Assembly (NCBI GenBank): GCA_009836005.1
Contig: VXWG01000010.1
Coordinates: 1,879-65,878, forward strand
From: Candidatus Palauibacter irciniicola
GTDB taxonomy: Bacteria; Gemmatimonadota; Gemmatimonadetes; Palauibacterales; Palauibacteraceae
Reading direction: 5' to 3'
DNA length: 64,000 bases
Below, one piece after another: positions 36,604 through 45,936 of the stretch; the stretch's first letter is position 1; every line of letters begins with the position of its first letter. Below the pieces are notes generated by a model. It had not been told where the DNA came from. It made no database searches and saw nothing but the letters and a program-made list of their open reading frames with translations. A program made the position numbers and the translations under genes.

Positions 36604-37851
36604 TTGAACATCCGCTACCGCACGCTTCCGGCGCTCTGCGCCCTTCTCTTGCTGCCGCAACCCGCCGCCGGGCAGGAAGCCGTACGCAGGGTCTCGCTCG
36701 CGGCGGCCCTCGAGGCGTTTGCGGACAACAGCCTCGCGCTGAAGATCGCGCGCTCCGAGGCCGCCGAGATCGCGGGATCGGCGCGCCAGTCCCGTGCCTG
36801 GTTCAACCCGTCGCTCTCGGCCAGGCGCGACGATCTCGACCGCAATGGCGACGAGTACTGGGAGGAGAATCTCCTCCTCTTTCAGCCCCTGGAGTGGCCG
36901 GGCCGAACCGCGGCCCGCTACCGGGCGGCCGCCCACACGATCGAAGCGAGCACCGCCCGTTTCCGCGGCGACTCGACCCGGTTCGCCTTCGAGGTTCGCG
37001 AGGCCTGGGCGCTCGCGTGGTTTGCGGAAGCGGCGGAACGCACGGCGCGGCAGGCCGCCGCCGTGATCCGGGAAGTGGCCGAGGACGCGGAGATCCGCCT
37101 GGAGGAGGGGGACATCTCCGCCTACGAAACGAGGCGGTTGCGACTGGAACGGGTGCGGGCCGAGCAGGGTGTGGCGGAGGCCGAACTCCGGGCCCGCGAC
37201 GCGCGCCGGCGCCTCGCCGCGCTGACCTTTCCCGGGACGGGAATCGAGGAGGTCGGACCGTCCGCGGGGCTGGAAGGGCTGCCGCCCCCGGTGACTCGGG
37301 ACGACGCGCTCGGCGCGATGGTCGAGCGGCCGGACCTGGAGGCCGCGGCGCGGGATCTGGACGCCGCGCAAGCCGAACTCGCCGTGGCGAGGTCCCGCTG
37401 GATGCCCGATCCGACCGTCAGCCTCGGATATCGACGGCAGGAGGGCGGATTCGAGGGACTCAGCCTGGGTCTCGATCTCCCGTTGCCGCTGTTCGACCGG
37501 GGAGGGGGAACCCGGCAGGCAGCCGACGCGAGGAGCGCGGCGGCCGCCCATCGCCTCGACCTCCGGAGACGGCTGGCGGAGAACGATCTCCTGACGACCT
37601 CGGACCGGTACGCCTCCAGTCGCGCCCGTCTCGAAGCCGCGGCCGATGGCCTGTCGGCGGATGCCGAGGCGTTGCTGGCCTCCGCGACGGCGGCCTACGG
37701 CGAGAACGAAATGTCGCTCCTGGAGTTGCTCGACGCGGCGAACGCGTTCCGGGGCGCCCGGATCAGCGCCCTGTCCATGCGATCCACGGCATGGATCGCC
37801 TACTGGGATCTCCTGCGCGCGATGGGACGGGCCCCGGAACGGGAGCCGTGA
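36604..37851 (+). CDS. TolC/CzcC family outer membrane efflux protein
   Basis: Signal peptide, NPSL, RPDL, LPLPLFDRG and YGENEMSLLELLDA. Start uncertain (TTG 36604; ORF-track start 36499). Confidence 0.82.
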   Translation: MNIRYRTLPALCALLLLPQPAAGQEAVRRVSLAAALEAFADNSLALKIARSEAAEIAGSARQSRAWFNPSLSARRDDLDRNGDEYWEENLLLFQPLEWPGRTAARYRAAAHTIEASTARFRGDSTRFAFEVREAWALAWFAEAAERTARQAAAVIREVAEDAEIRLEEGDISAYETRRLRLERVRAEQGVAEAELRARDARRRLAALTFPGTGIEEVGPSAGLEGLPPPVTRDDALGAMVERPDLEAAARDLDAAQAELAVARSRWMPDPTVSLGYRRQEGGFEGLSLGLDLPLPLFDRGGGTRQAADARSAAAAHRLDLRRRLAENDLLTTSDRYASSRARLEAAADGLSADAEALLASATAAYGENEMSLLELLDAANAFRGARISALSMRSTAWIAYWDLLRAMGRAPEREP

Positions 37852-37865
37852 ACCGGAACCCTTTA

Positions 37866-39230
37866 CTACGTTGAGGAAGCCCCGATGGTCACGCCCAGCA
37901 CGTCCCGCAGCAGCCACCAGGCGCCGACGGCGAGGATCGCGGCGGGGATGACGAAGCGGAGCCAGTAGTAGAGCCAGAGGGTGGGCACGCGCCGCCCGCG
38001 GGGCCCATCCTCGCCCGCCGCCAGTTGTCGCAGCACCTCGGAGCGGTCCAGAGCCCACCCCACGGCGACGACCGAGAGCAGCGCGCCGAGGGTCTGGAAA
38101 CCCGATCCGAAGGTCAGATCCCACGGCGTGAACACGTTCATGTTGATCATCGGGGGCAGCGCGAACGCGAATACGACCACGGTCGTCAGGGTGACGGCGC
38201 GCGAGCGGGGGATCCCGGTGTTGTCGGTGACTCCGGCCACCAGTACCTCCAGCGCCGCCACGTCCGACAGGTAGGCGCCCCCGAACAGCGCCAGGAAGAA
38301 GAGCGTCCCGAACACGGCCCCGGCCGGAATCTGTCCGAACACTTCGGGCAGCGTGACGAAGAGGAGACCGGGACCGCTCGCCGGTTCGAGTCCGAACGCG
38401 AACACGGCGGGGAAGATGACGAGCCCCGCCAGGAGTCCGGCGCAGAGGTCGCCGCCCGCGGTGAAGACCGCGTTGCCGCGCAGGGGGTCGTTGCGGTTCA
38501 GGTAGGAGCCGTACACGACCATGAACGTTCCGCCGAGCGACAGGCTGAAGATCGCCTGGCCCAGCGCCCCGAGCATGACGGGCGGCGTGAGCGCGCCGGG
38601 ATCGAAGGCGCCGAGGTACCAGCGGAGACCCTCTCCCGCCCCGGGAAGCGTGAGCGAGCGGGCGATGAGGATGACGAGTCCCGCGAGGAGCGCCGGAACG
38701 ATGAGGCGGCTCGCCTTCTCGATCCCGCCCCGGAGGCCGCGCCGCAGCACCGCGGCGCAGGTGAGGAGGACCACGCCGGTGCAGGCGCACTGCAGGAGGA
38801 AGGAACGGAGGGAGAACCCCTCGTCCGGCGGCAGGATCGCGGCGGCGTCGATCTCGACCCCGATGCCGGCGAGCAGCCCGGCCAGGGCGTGGTACAGCAC
38901 CCAGCCGAGCGCGTTCGAGTAGTAGCCGGTGGCGGCGGTGACGCCGACGAAGAAGATCCAGCCGAGGGCGCGGCCGAAGGGGAGGCCGGCCGTCTCGAAC
39001 GCGCCGACCGGGCCGCGGCGGGTGTGCCGGCCCAGGGTCCATTCCGCCATGAGCGCGGGAACGCCGATCAGCACCACGGCCAGCACGTAGAAGGCCACGA
39101 AGGGCGCCCCGCCGAACTCGCCGACCATGTACGGGAAGCGCCACACGTTCCCGAGACCGACGGCGACGCCGATCATCGTGGCCACGAGCCCGAAGCGGGA
39201 GCCGAACGTCTCGCGTCTGTCTCGTTCCAT
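37866..39230 (-). CDS. Sodium-dependent transporter, NSS/SNF family
   Basis: GVAVGLGNVWRFPY, GIEKAS, QAIFSLSLG, YGSY, GPGLLFVTLP. Confidence 0.92.
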   Translation of the reverse strand: MERDRRETFGSRFGLVATMIGVAVGLGNVWRFPYMVGEFGGAPFVAFYVLAVVLIGVPALMAEWTLGRHTRRGPVGAFETAGLPFGRALGWIFFVGVTAATGYYSNALGWVLYHALAGLLAGIGVEIDAAAILPPDEGFSLRSFLLQCACTGVVLLTCAAVLRRGLRGGIEKASRLIVPALLAGLVILIARSLTLPGAGEGLRWYLGAFDPGALTPPVMLGALGQAIFSLSLGGTFMVVYGSYLNRNDPLRGNAVFTAGGDLCAGLLAGLVIFPAVFAFGLEPASGPGLLFVTLPEVFGQIPAGAVFGTLFFLALFGGAYLSDVAALEVLVAGVTDNTGIPRSRAVTLTTVVVFAFALPPMINMNVFTPWDLTFGSGFQTLGALLSVVAVGWALDRSEVLRQLAAGEDGPRGRRVPTLWLYYWLRFVIPAAILAVGAWWLLRDVLGVTIGASST

Positions 39231-39351
39231 CCCCGGCCTCTAGCTTGGCGGGTCGCATGTGGCCGCCGGCAACCGGCGCCCCGGTCGGCTCGCCCCTCGC
39301 TGACGGGCGAAACCTTGGGGCAGGGGCCGGCCGAGAGAAAGGGACGCCAGC

Positions 39352-40479
39352 GTGAAAGCTCCCTGGTTCCGCCGCTATCTGCTGCCGGGGCTCGTTTTCC
39401 AGTCGGCCGTCATCGCGGGCGGATACGGCACGGGGCGGGAGAACGTCGAGTTCTTCCTCTCCATCGGCCCCACGCCCGGCCTGTGGGCGATGGCGCTCTC
39501 GACCGCCATCTGGAGCGCGGTGTGCGCCGTCACGTTCGAACTCGCGCGGCAGTCCCGCAGCTACGAGTACCGCAACTTCTTCAAGCGGCTGCTCGGTCCG
39601 TCCTGGGTCCTGTTCGAGGTCACGTACGTGCTGCTGACGCTCCTCGTACTGGCCGTCATCGGGGCGGCGGCGGGCACGATTGCGAACGAGACGTTCGGCC
39701 TCCCGTACGCGCTGGGCGTCATCGTGGCGTTGGGGGCGGTCGCGCTGCTCCTCTTCTACGGCAGCGTGGCGATCGAGCGCTTCTTCGCCGGCTGGTCATT
39801 CGCGCTCTACGCAGTGTTCGTAGCGCTCGTCGTGTGGTCGCTGGTGCGCTTCGGGTCCACGCTGGGCCCGAGCTTTGCCGCCAGCAGCCTCAACAGCGAC
39901 TGGCTCGTGAAGGGGGTCCAGTACGGCGGCTACAACCTCTCGGCGGCCGCCGTGGCGCTGTTCACCGTGCGCCACATCCGGACCCGCAAGCAGGCCGTGT
40001 GGGCCGGCCTGCTCGCCGGCATCATCGGGATGCTGCCGGCGTTCTTCTTCTACCTCGCGATGGTGCCGCACTACCCCGCGATCGTCGGCGCGGCCAACCC
40101 CTCGAACTTCATCCTCGGAGCGCTCGGGTCGACGACGTTCCAGGTCGCGTACGCGATCATCCTCTTCGGCACCCTGATCGAGACCGGGACGGGGATGATC
40201 CACGCGGTGAACGAGCGGCTCGCCGTCACGCGGCGCGAGCGGGGCGCGGGAATGCCGAGCTGGGCGAGGCCGGTGGTCGCGGCGGTCTTCCTCGGGGTCG
40301 CGCTGTCCCTCACGCCTCTCGGCCTCATCGACCTCATCCGGCAGGGGTACGGGACGATCACCTGGGGGTTCATCGTCTACTACGTCCTGCCCGTTCTCAC
40401 CATCGGCGCGTGGCTCGCGTTCCGGAAGCGGGGAGCAACGGGAACCGCCGGGACAGCCGGAGGGAGTGAGGGGACGTGA
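39352..40479 (+). CDS. YkvI-like membrane transporter
   Basis: VIAGGYGTGRENVEFF N-terminal motif, about 10 TM segments. Confidence 0.78.
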   Translation: MKAPWFRRYLLPGLVFQSAVIAGGYGTGRENVEFFLSIGPTPGLWAMALSTAIWSAVCAVTFELARQSRSYEYRNFFKRLLGPSWVLFEVTYVLLTLLVLAVIGAAAGTIANETFGLPYALGVIVALGAVALLLFYGSVAIERFFAGWSFALYAVFVALVVWSLVRFGSTLGPSFAASSLNSDWLVKGVQYGGYNLSAAAVALFTVRHIRTRKQAVWAGLLAGIIGMLPAFFFYLAMVPHYPAIVGAANPSNFILGALGSTTFQVAYAIILFGTLIETGTGMIHAVNERLAVTRRERGAGMPSWARPVVAAVFLGVALSLTPLGLIDLIRQGYGTITWGFIVYYVLPVLTIGAWLAFRKRGATGTAGTAGGSEGT

Positions 40480-41708
40480 ACACCCGCGCGATTCTCATCG
40501 GCCTCGTGCTCGGACTGGGGCTCGGCGTCGCCGCCTCCGCCACCGGATCTCCCGCGCTCCTGCGGGCGGCCGAGGCCGCCGCGCCGCTCGGGCAGGTCTT
40601 CCTGCGCGCGATCCAGATGGTCGTGATCCCGCTCGTGGCCGCGGTCGTGTTCGTCGGCGTGGGGCGGATCGGGAACCTGCGCAAACTGGGGCGGATCGGC
40701 GGCCTCTCCGTCGGCTTCTTCTGGGTCACGACGCTGCCGGCGATCCTCATCGGGATGGGCGTGATGGGTTTCGCGCTCACGTTCACGGCGCCGGTGCCGC
40801 CGCCGACCCCGACCACGGAACTGAACACGGCGAACCCGGGCGTGATCGACTTCCTCGTGAACCTCGTGCCGAGGAACCCGATACAGGCCGCGGCGGACGG
40901 GTCGCTGCTCTCGATCCTCATCTTCACCGTCCTTCTCGCGGCGGCCACGACCACGCTGCCAGCCGAGAAGCGGGAGACGCTCACGTCCTTCGCGGAGTCG
41001 GTGGGCGATGCCCTCATCAAGCTGATGAACTGGGTTCTGTGGACGGCGCCCGTGGGCGTGTTCGGCCTCGCGGCGCCGGTGGTGGCGCGCACGGGGCTGG
41101 CACTGCTCCAGAACCTCGCCGTCTTCATCCTGGCGGTCGTCGTGGGCCTCTTCATCCTGAAGGGTTTCATCCTTCTTCCGATCGTCCGCTTCGTGGGCGG
41201 CATGCGGGCGGGGCGCTTCATCCGCGGCACGGTGGGGACGTACACGGTGGGCTTCACCACGACGACGTCGGTGGGCACGCTGCCGATGATGCTGCAGGAG
41301 GCGGAGAAGCTCGGGCTCCGGCAGGACCGCTACCGGCTCATCCTGCCGCTGGCGGCCTCGATCAACCGGCCGGGGAGCGCCCTCTTCCAGAGCGCCTCGC
41401 TGGTCTTCCTCGCCGCGATGTACGGGGTCCCGCTCGATGCGGGGCTGATCGCGGCGGCGGTCCTCGCGATCTTCCTCGCCGCCATGACGGTGGCGCCGGT
41501 ACCGAGCGCGAGCATCGTGTCGATGGTGCCCGCGCTCGACGTGGTGGGGGTGCCGCTGGCCGGACTCGGGATCCTGCTCGGGATCGACCGCGTGCCCGAT
41601 GTCTTCCGCTCGGCGACGAACGTCATCGGCCACATGGCCGCCGCCACGACCGTCGATGCGATGACGCAGAACGATGAAGAGGTGGACGAAGGGACGGAGG
41701 ACGGATGA
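40476..41708 (+). CDS. Dicarboxylate/amino acid:cation symporter (DAACS)
   Basis: FLRAIQMVVIPLV, NLVPRNP, APVGVF, FTTTTSVGTLP, LPLAASIN and IDRVPDVFRSATNV. Confidence 0.9.
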   Translation: MNTRAILIGLVLGLGLGVAASATGSPALLRAAEAAAPLGQVFLRAIQMVVIPLVAAVVFVGVGRIGNLRKLGRIGGLSVGFFWVTTLPAILIGMGVMGFALTFTAPVPPPTPTTELNTANPGVIDFLVNLVPRNPIQAAADGSLLSILIFTVLLAAATTTLPAEKRETLTSFAESVGDALIKLMNWVLWTAPVGVFGLAAPVVARTGLALLQNLAVFILAVVVGLFILKGFILLPIVRFVGGMRAGRFIRGTVGTYTVGFTTTTSVGTLPMMLQEAEKLGLRQDRYRLILPLAASINRPGSALFQSASLVFLAAMYGVPLDAGLIAAAVLAIFLAAMTVAPVPSASIVSMVPALDVVGVPLAGLGILLGIDRVPDVFRSATNVIGHMAAATTVDAMTQNDEEVDEGTEDG

Positions 41709-42109
41709 CGAGACTCCCCGCCGCGGGTCCGCTGCCGCGGCCCCGGGACCCGGAAGAGGGACGCGAGACGCTGCGCGCGGAGGCGATCCCGGCGGCGGAC
41801 GTCCAGCGCGTCCGGCTGCGGGCACTGGAGTTCACGTCGCTGTGCCCGAAGACGGGCCAGCCGGACTTCGGGCGGGTGACGATCGACTACGAGCCGCGCG
41901 ACCGCTGCCTGGAGTCGAAGGCGCTCAAGTTCTACCTGTGGTCCTTCCGGGACGAGGGCGAGTTCTGCGAGACGCTCGCGGCCCGGATCGCCGACGACGT
42001 GGTCTACGCCGTGGCGCCGCGCCGGGTGCGCGTCGAGGTGGAACAGAACGTGCGCGGCGGCATCGAAATCGTCGCGACGGCGGAGCGCGGGGAGGCTGCC
42101 GCCGACTGA
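41705..42109 (+). CDS. queF: 7-cyano-7-deazaguanine (preQ0) reductase, unimodular QueF
   Basis: EFTSLCPKTGQPDF, ESKALKFYL (QueF motif), VRGGI. Confidence 0.9.
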   Translation: MTRLPAAGPLPRPRDPEEGRETLRAEAIPAADVQRVRLRALEFTSLCPKTGQPDFGRVTIDYEPRDRCLESKALKFYLWSFRDEGEFCETLAARIADDVVYAVAPRRVRVEVEQNVRGGIEIVATAERGEAAAD

Positions 42110-42130
42110 AGCTTCCGCCCTCTCCGCGAG

Positions 42131-43699
42131 CTAGGGCGCCCGGCGGATCGCGCGGCCGGGGCGGGCGCCGGTCGGCTCGCCGGCGGACCAGGTCTCCACG
42201 CCGCCGAGCCACACGCTCTCCACGCCCTCCGCCTGCCGAGTCCCGTTGTCGAACGTCGACCGGTCCACCACGCGCTCCGGGTCGAAGATCACGAGGTCCG
42301 CTCGGGCCCCGGCGCGCAGCACGCCCCGGTCGTCCAGCCCGAGCCGCCGCGCCGGCATCGAGGTCGCGCGCCGCACCGCCCGCTCCAGCGTCAGGATGCC
42401 GCGCTCCCGCACGTAGTGGCCCAGCACGCGCGGGAAGGTGCCCGCCCCGCGCGGGTGCGCGCTCCGCACCCCGCCGTCGCTCGACGTCATCACCCACTCC
42501 GAAGCCATGAACGCGTCGACGTCCCCCTCGTTCATCGTGTGGCCGATGAGCCCCGAGCCCCCGTTCTCCATGATCCACATGTAGGCCTCGACCTCCGTCA
42601 TCCCCCTGCGCCGGGCGATCTCGTCGAGCCGCAGTCCGTTCAGTTCGGGCTCGGACCAGAAGGCGACGATCTGCAGCCGGTTCCCGCCGCCCGCCGCGGC
42701 GATCCCTTTCGCCACGGAATCGGGGTTCGAGAACATCCTCGAACGGACGACGATCGCGAGCCCGGATTGCCAGGCCTGGTAGGGGTACTGGTCCGCCGTC
42801 ACGTCGAGCCCCGCCTCGTTGGCCCGCCGGATCCGCTCCAGCACCTCGGGCGCCCTTCCCCACACGGAGGCGTTGCCCGCCTTGATGTGCGAGATCTGCA
42901 CGGGGAGGCCCGCTTCGCGCCCGATGCGGATGGCCTCGTCGACCGCCTCCAGGAGCCCCCCCTCCTCGTCGCGCATGTGGGTCATGTAGAAACCGCCGTG
43001 GCCGGCGGAGGCCCGCGCGAGGGCGATCAACTCCCCCGTGGAGGAATAGAAGCCGGGGTCGTACTCGAGGCCGCTCGAGAGGCCGAACGCGCCCTCGGTC
43101 ATCCCGCGCTCGACGCGCACCGTCATGTCCGCGATCTCGGCGTCGGTGGCGGTGCGCCGGAAATCCTCATCCATCACGAGACTGCGCACGGTCCCGTGTC
43201 CGACGAGCGTCGCGACATCCACCGTGGGCCGGAGTTCGTCGATGCGCCCGAGGTAGTCGGAGATCGGCCACGGCGAGGAGCCGTCCGCCCCGACCACGAT
43301 TGTCGTGATCCCCTGCGCGAGCTGGGTCGTGGCAAGCGGGAAGTCGAACAGGCGGGTCGTGGAGTGGTTGTGGATGTCGATGAAGCCCGGGGCGAGGACG
43401 AGACCCGTGAGGTCGCGCCGTTCCGCGTCGGGCGGAGCCTCGATGGAGCCCGGGGCGCCGAGCGCCGCGATGGTTCCGCCCTCGATGAGCAGGTCGCCGA
43501 CGTAGCCGGGCGCCCCCGTCCCGTCGACGAGCGTCGCGTTCGTGAACAGGACGGTGGCCGGTTCTTCCGTCGCGCCCACGGCCGCCTGCGCGGCGACCCG
43601 TTCCGGAGCGCCGGCGCCGACCGCGATCCCCGGGATCAGCACCGACAGGAGGCGGACGCTGCGCCCGCCGTGGCGTGCGCGTTTCGTTCGTTCGGACAT
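42131..43699 (-). CDS. N-acyl-D-amino-acid deacylase (D-aminoacylase) family, exported
   Basis: APGFIDIHNH, QGITT, GAFGLSSGLEY, THMRDE, QISHIK, ADQYPY, HPRGAGTFPRVLG. Confidence 0.9.
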   Translation of the reverse strand: MSERTKRARHGGRSVRLLSVLIPGIAVGAGAPERVAAQAAVGATEEPATVLFTNATLVDGTGAPGYVGDLLIEGGTIAALGAPGSIEAPPDAERRDLTGLVLAPGFIDIHNHSTTRLFDFPLATTQLAQGITTIVVGADGSSPWPISDYLGRIDELRPTVDVATLVGHGTVRSLVMDEDFRRTATDAEIADMTVRVERGMTEGAFGLSSGLEYDPGFYSSTGELIALARASAGHGGFYMTHMRDEEGGLLEAVDEAIRIGREAGLPVQISHIKAGNASVWGRAPEVLERIRRANEAGLDVTADQYPYQAWQSGLAIVVRSRMFSNPDSVAKGIAAAGGGNRLQIVAFWSEPELNGLRLDEIARRRGMTEVEAYMWIMENGGSGLIGHTMNEGDVDAFMASEWVMTSSDGGVRSAHPRGAGTFPRVLGHYVRERGILTLERAVRRATSMPARRLGLDDRGVLRAGARADLVIFDPERVVDRSTFDNGTRQAEGVESVWLGGVETWSAGEPTGARPGRAIRRAP

Positions 43700-43810
43700 A
43701 TCGCGTTACTTTCGTGTTTCCGTGACGATCAACCCGTGACGATGTACCCGGGCGCGGTCCCCATGATTGGACCGGCTCGGACGTCGGCAGGTTCCAATAG
43801 AGGGACAACG

Positions 43811-44368
43811 ATGAAAAGATACGCACGTCTTCCGCTTTCGTCCGCCGCCCTGCTCCTGGCGCTGGCGCCGGCGACGCTGGCGGGACAGGCCGAGGGCCAG
43901 GCCGCCGACACGCCGCTCAGCATCGGCGTCATCGATCTGGACGCCGCCGCGTTCGGCTCGCCGGCGGGTCAGGCGCTCGCGCAGCAACTGACGGACTTCC
44001 AGCAGGAACTCGCCGCCGAGCTACAGGTGCGCCAGGAGGCAGTGCGCGCGATCGAGCTACGCGTGGCCGAGGCCGACAGCCTGACGGTCGATGAGCAGCG
44101 GGTGCTCGAACGCGAGTATCAGGACGCGCTGACGGCCTTCCAGCGCTACCAGCAGGACAAGCAGGAGGAAGCCACCGCGCTGCAGAACGACGGACGCGAG
44201 CGGATCCGCGCGGAACTCGCGCCGGTGATCGAGGCGATCCAGGCGGAGCTGGGGTACGACCTGATCCTGAACGCGACGAGCCCCATCATCATCCTGTTCA
44301 GCGAACGCGTCGACATCACCCCCCTCGTCATCGACCGCCTCGCCGCGGAGCCCCCCGGCGGTTCATAA
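43811..44368 (+). CDS. OmpH/Skp family periplasmic chaperone
   Basis: Signal peptide, IGVIDL, long coiled coil, GYDLIL and VDITPLVI. ATG 43811 with SD-like AGGGA. Confidence 0.82.
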   Translation: MKRYARLPLSSAALLLALAPATLAGQAEGQAADTPLSIGVIDLDAAAFGSPAGQALAQQLTDFQQELAAELQVRQEAVRAIELRVAEADSLTVDEQRVLEREYQDALTAFQRYQQDKQEEATALQNDGRERIRAELAPVIEAIQAELGYDLILNATSPIIILFSERVDITPLVIDRLAAEPPGGS

Positions 44369-44406
44369 CCCGCGTCCGGCCTGCGACGCCGGGTGGGCCT
44401 CGCCGG

Positions 44407-45207
44407 TCAGCCCTCGGGACGCAGCATGCCCAGCAGGTCGGCCCGTGCGGGCACGTCGCCGCTCTCAAGGAAGGGGCGGACGTCCGCCTCGACCGCTTTC
44501 CACTCCACGCCCGCAACCCTCGCCGCGACGGCCTGGCGCCACGTGTCCTCCGTGAGCGCCGGCGCAGCGGGGTCCGTCTGGCGGCGGGCCGCGTTCAGGA
44601 GATCCAGGTTCGGGTGTGGCCACGCGGGATCGCTCAGGTACCAGGCGAGATCGTAGATGTCCCTCCCCTTCAGCCACGGTCGGTGGAGCACGGCGTGCAG
44701 CTTGCCGGCCAGCAGTGACGCCCGGTCGTGGTGATGGATCCGCAGTGACACGTGTCGCCGTACAAGGCGCGTCTCGGTCACGGCGCCCGCGGGCGGGCGG
44801 GTGTCGGCCTCGAGCTTGATCCGGAGCGTTTCGTCGCGGTGGCTCGACAGGCCGAGCTCGTGGGGGAGTCCCTTGAAACGGAACCATCCGGCGTGGACGG
44901 CGCCGTCATCGCGCAGCGAAGCCGTCGCGCCGTAGCCCTCTCGCCGGAACTGCGCCGTGATGGATGTCAGCCAGCGGCGCGGATCGTAGCGCTCGCGCGA
45001 CCCCTCGAGGGCGAAGTCGAGATCCTCGGAGTATCTCGGCAACCTGTAAAGGAAGCGCAGCGCCGTCCCGCCCTGGAACGCCAGCGGCGACATGGCACCG
45101 GCCCTCTGCAGACCCTCCAGGATTCGAGCCTGCAGGTACTCCCGCATCGCGTTGCGTCCGGCGTGCGGATCGAGACCCCGGATCAACTCCCGGAGATGGT
45201 CCTTCAC
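44407..45207 (-). CDS. abiEii: AbiEii/AbiGii nucleotidyltransferase toxin (type IV TA)
   Basis: REYLQ, FQGGTALR, RYSEDLDF, KLHA, KGRDIYDL. GTG start overlaps the antitoxin stop. Confidence 0.9.
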   Translation of the reverse strand: MKDHLRELIRGLDPHAGRNAMREYLQARILEGLQRAGAMSPLAFQGGTALRFLYRLPRYSEDLDFALEGSRERYDPRRWLTSITAQFRREGYGATASLRDDGAVHAGWFRFKGLPHELGLSSHRDETLRIKLEADTRPPAGAVTETRLVRRHVSLRIHHHDRASLLAGKLHAVLHRPWLKGRDIYDLAWYLSDPAWPHPNLDLLNAARRQTDPAAPALTEDTWRQAVAARVAGVEWKAVEADVRPFLESGDVPARADLLGMLRPEG

Positions 45208-45851
45208 GGGACGGGCAGAGGTTCGTACGCCGAAGCGGGATCGCTCGCGCGGCGGATGACGTGGGCCGCCGCGCGGGCCAGCTTCGGACTCCCGGTGGCG
45301 GCCGCCGCCGCTCGCAGGTGCGCGGGCGAGAGTTGCTCGAAGTCCAGACGCAACTCGTCGATCCAGGCCGGGGCATCGCCGCCCGGCTGCAGATGCGCCA
45401 AATCGAGGAAGGCCTTCTCGGGGCGGGCGACGAACGCGCTCTGTCCGTCGACCAGACCCACGAGTCGATAGCCCGTTCGCAGCGCCGGCTTGACGTAGCG
45501 GAAGGAGAACCGCCCCAGCGGCGTCTCCCTCACGTGGGGACGCGCGGGACCGCAGCTGGTGACCTCCGGGACGTATTCCGGGACCGCGTTCGCGAAGGCG
45601 AGCGCCGACAGCCCGCTCACGTACGAGCCGGGCGAGAGCCGGTTGGCGACGAGGAAGGGATGCGGCTTCACTTTCCGGTACGGAGGCGCCAGCGCGAACA
45701 ACCCGCGCCGGAGCCGCAGCAGCTTGCCGGCGGCGCACCAACGGCTGAGCTGCGCCTCCAGACCCGGCTCCGGAGCCCGCCCGCTGCGGAGGAACCCGGT
45801 CTCGAACACGGGCTCATCCGCGACGATTTCCAGCAGTTCTGCAAACTTCAT
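45204..45851 (-). CDS. abiEi: AbiEi-type antitoxin / transcriptional regulator
   Basis: wHTH-like LSRW-x3-G-x-L-x-RLRRGLF, SYVSGLSAL, PEKAFLD. Directly upstream of the toxin. Confidence 0.85.
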   Translation of the reverse strand: MKFAELLEIVADEPVFETGFLRSGRAPEPGLEAQLSRWCAAGKLLRLRRGLFALAPPYRKVKPHPFLVANRLSPGSYVSGLSALAFANAVPEYVPEVTSCGPARPHVRETPLGRFSFRYVKPALRTGYRLVGLVDGQSAFVARPEKAFLDLAHLQPGGDAPAWIDELRLDFEQLSPAHLRAAAAATGSPKLARAAAHVIRRASDPASAYEPLPVP

Positions 45852-45886
45852 GCAGTAAATGTGCGGTAATCAGCAAGTACACGCAA
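45852..45886 (-). promoter_or_regulatory. Putative leaderless promoter of the abiE operon
   Basis: Minus strand TTGCGT-17 nt-CACATT-6 nt-ATG. AT-rich, no SD. Confidence 0.45.
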
Positions 45887-45936
45887 TGAATATGACTGTC
45901 CCGCAACCCGGCTTGGAAGCCGGAAGAAGGAGTCGT

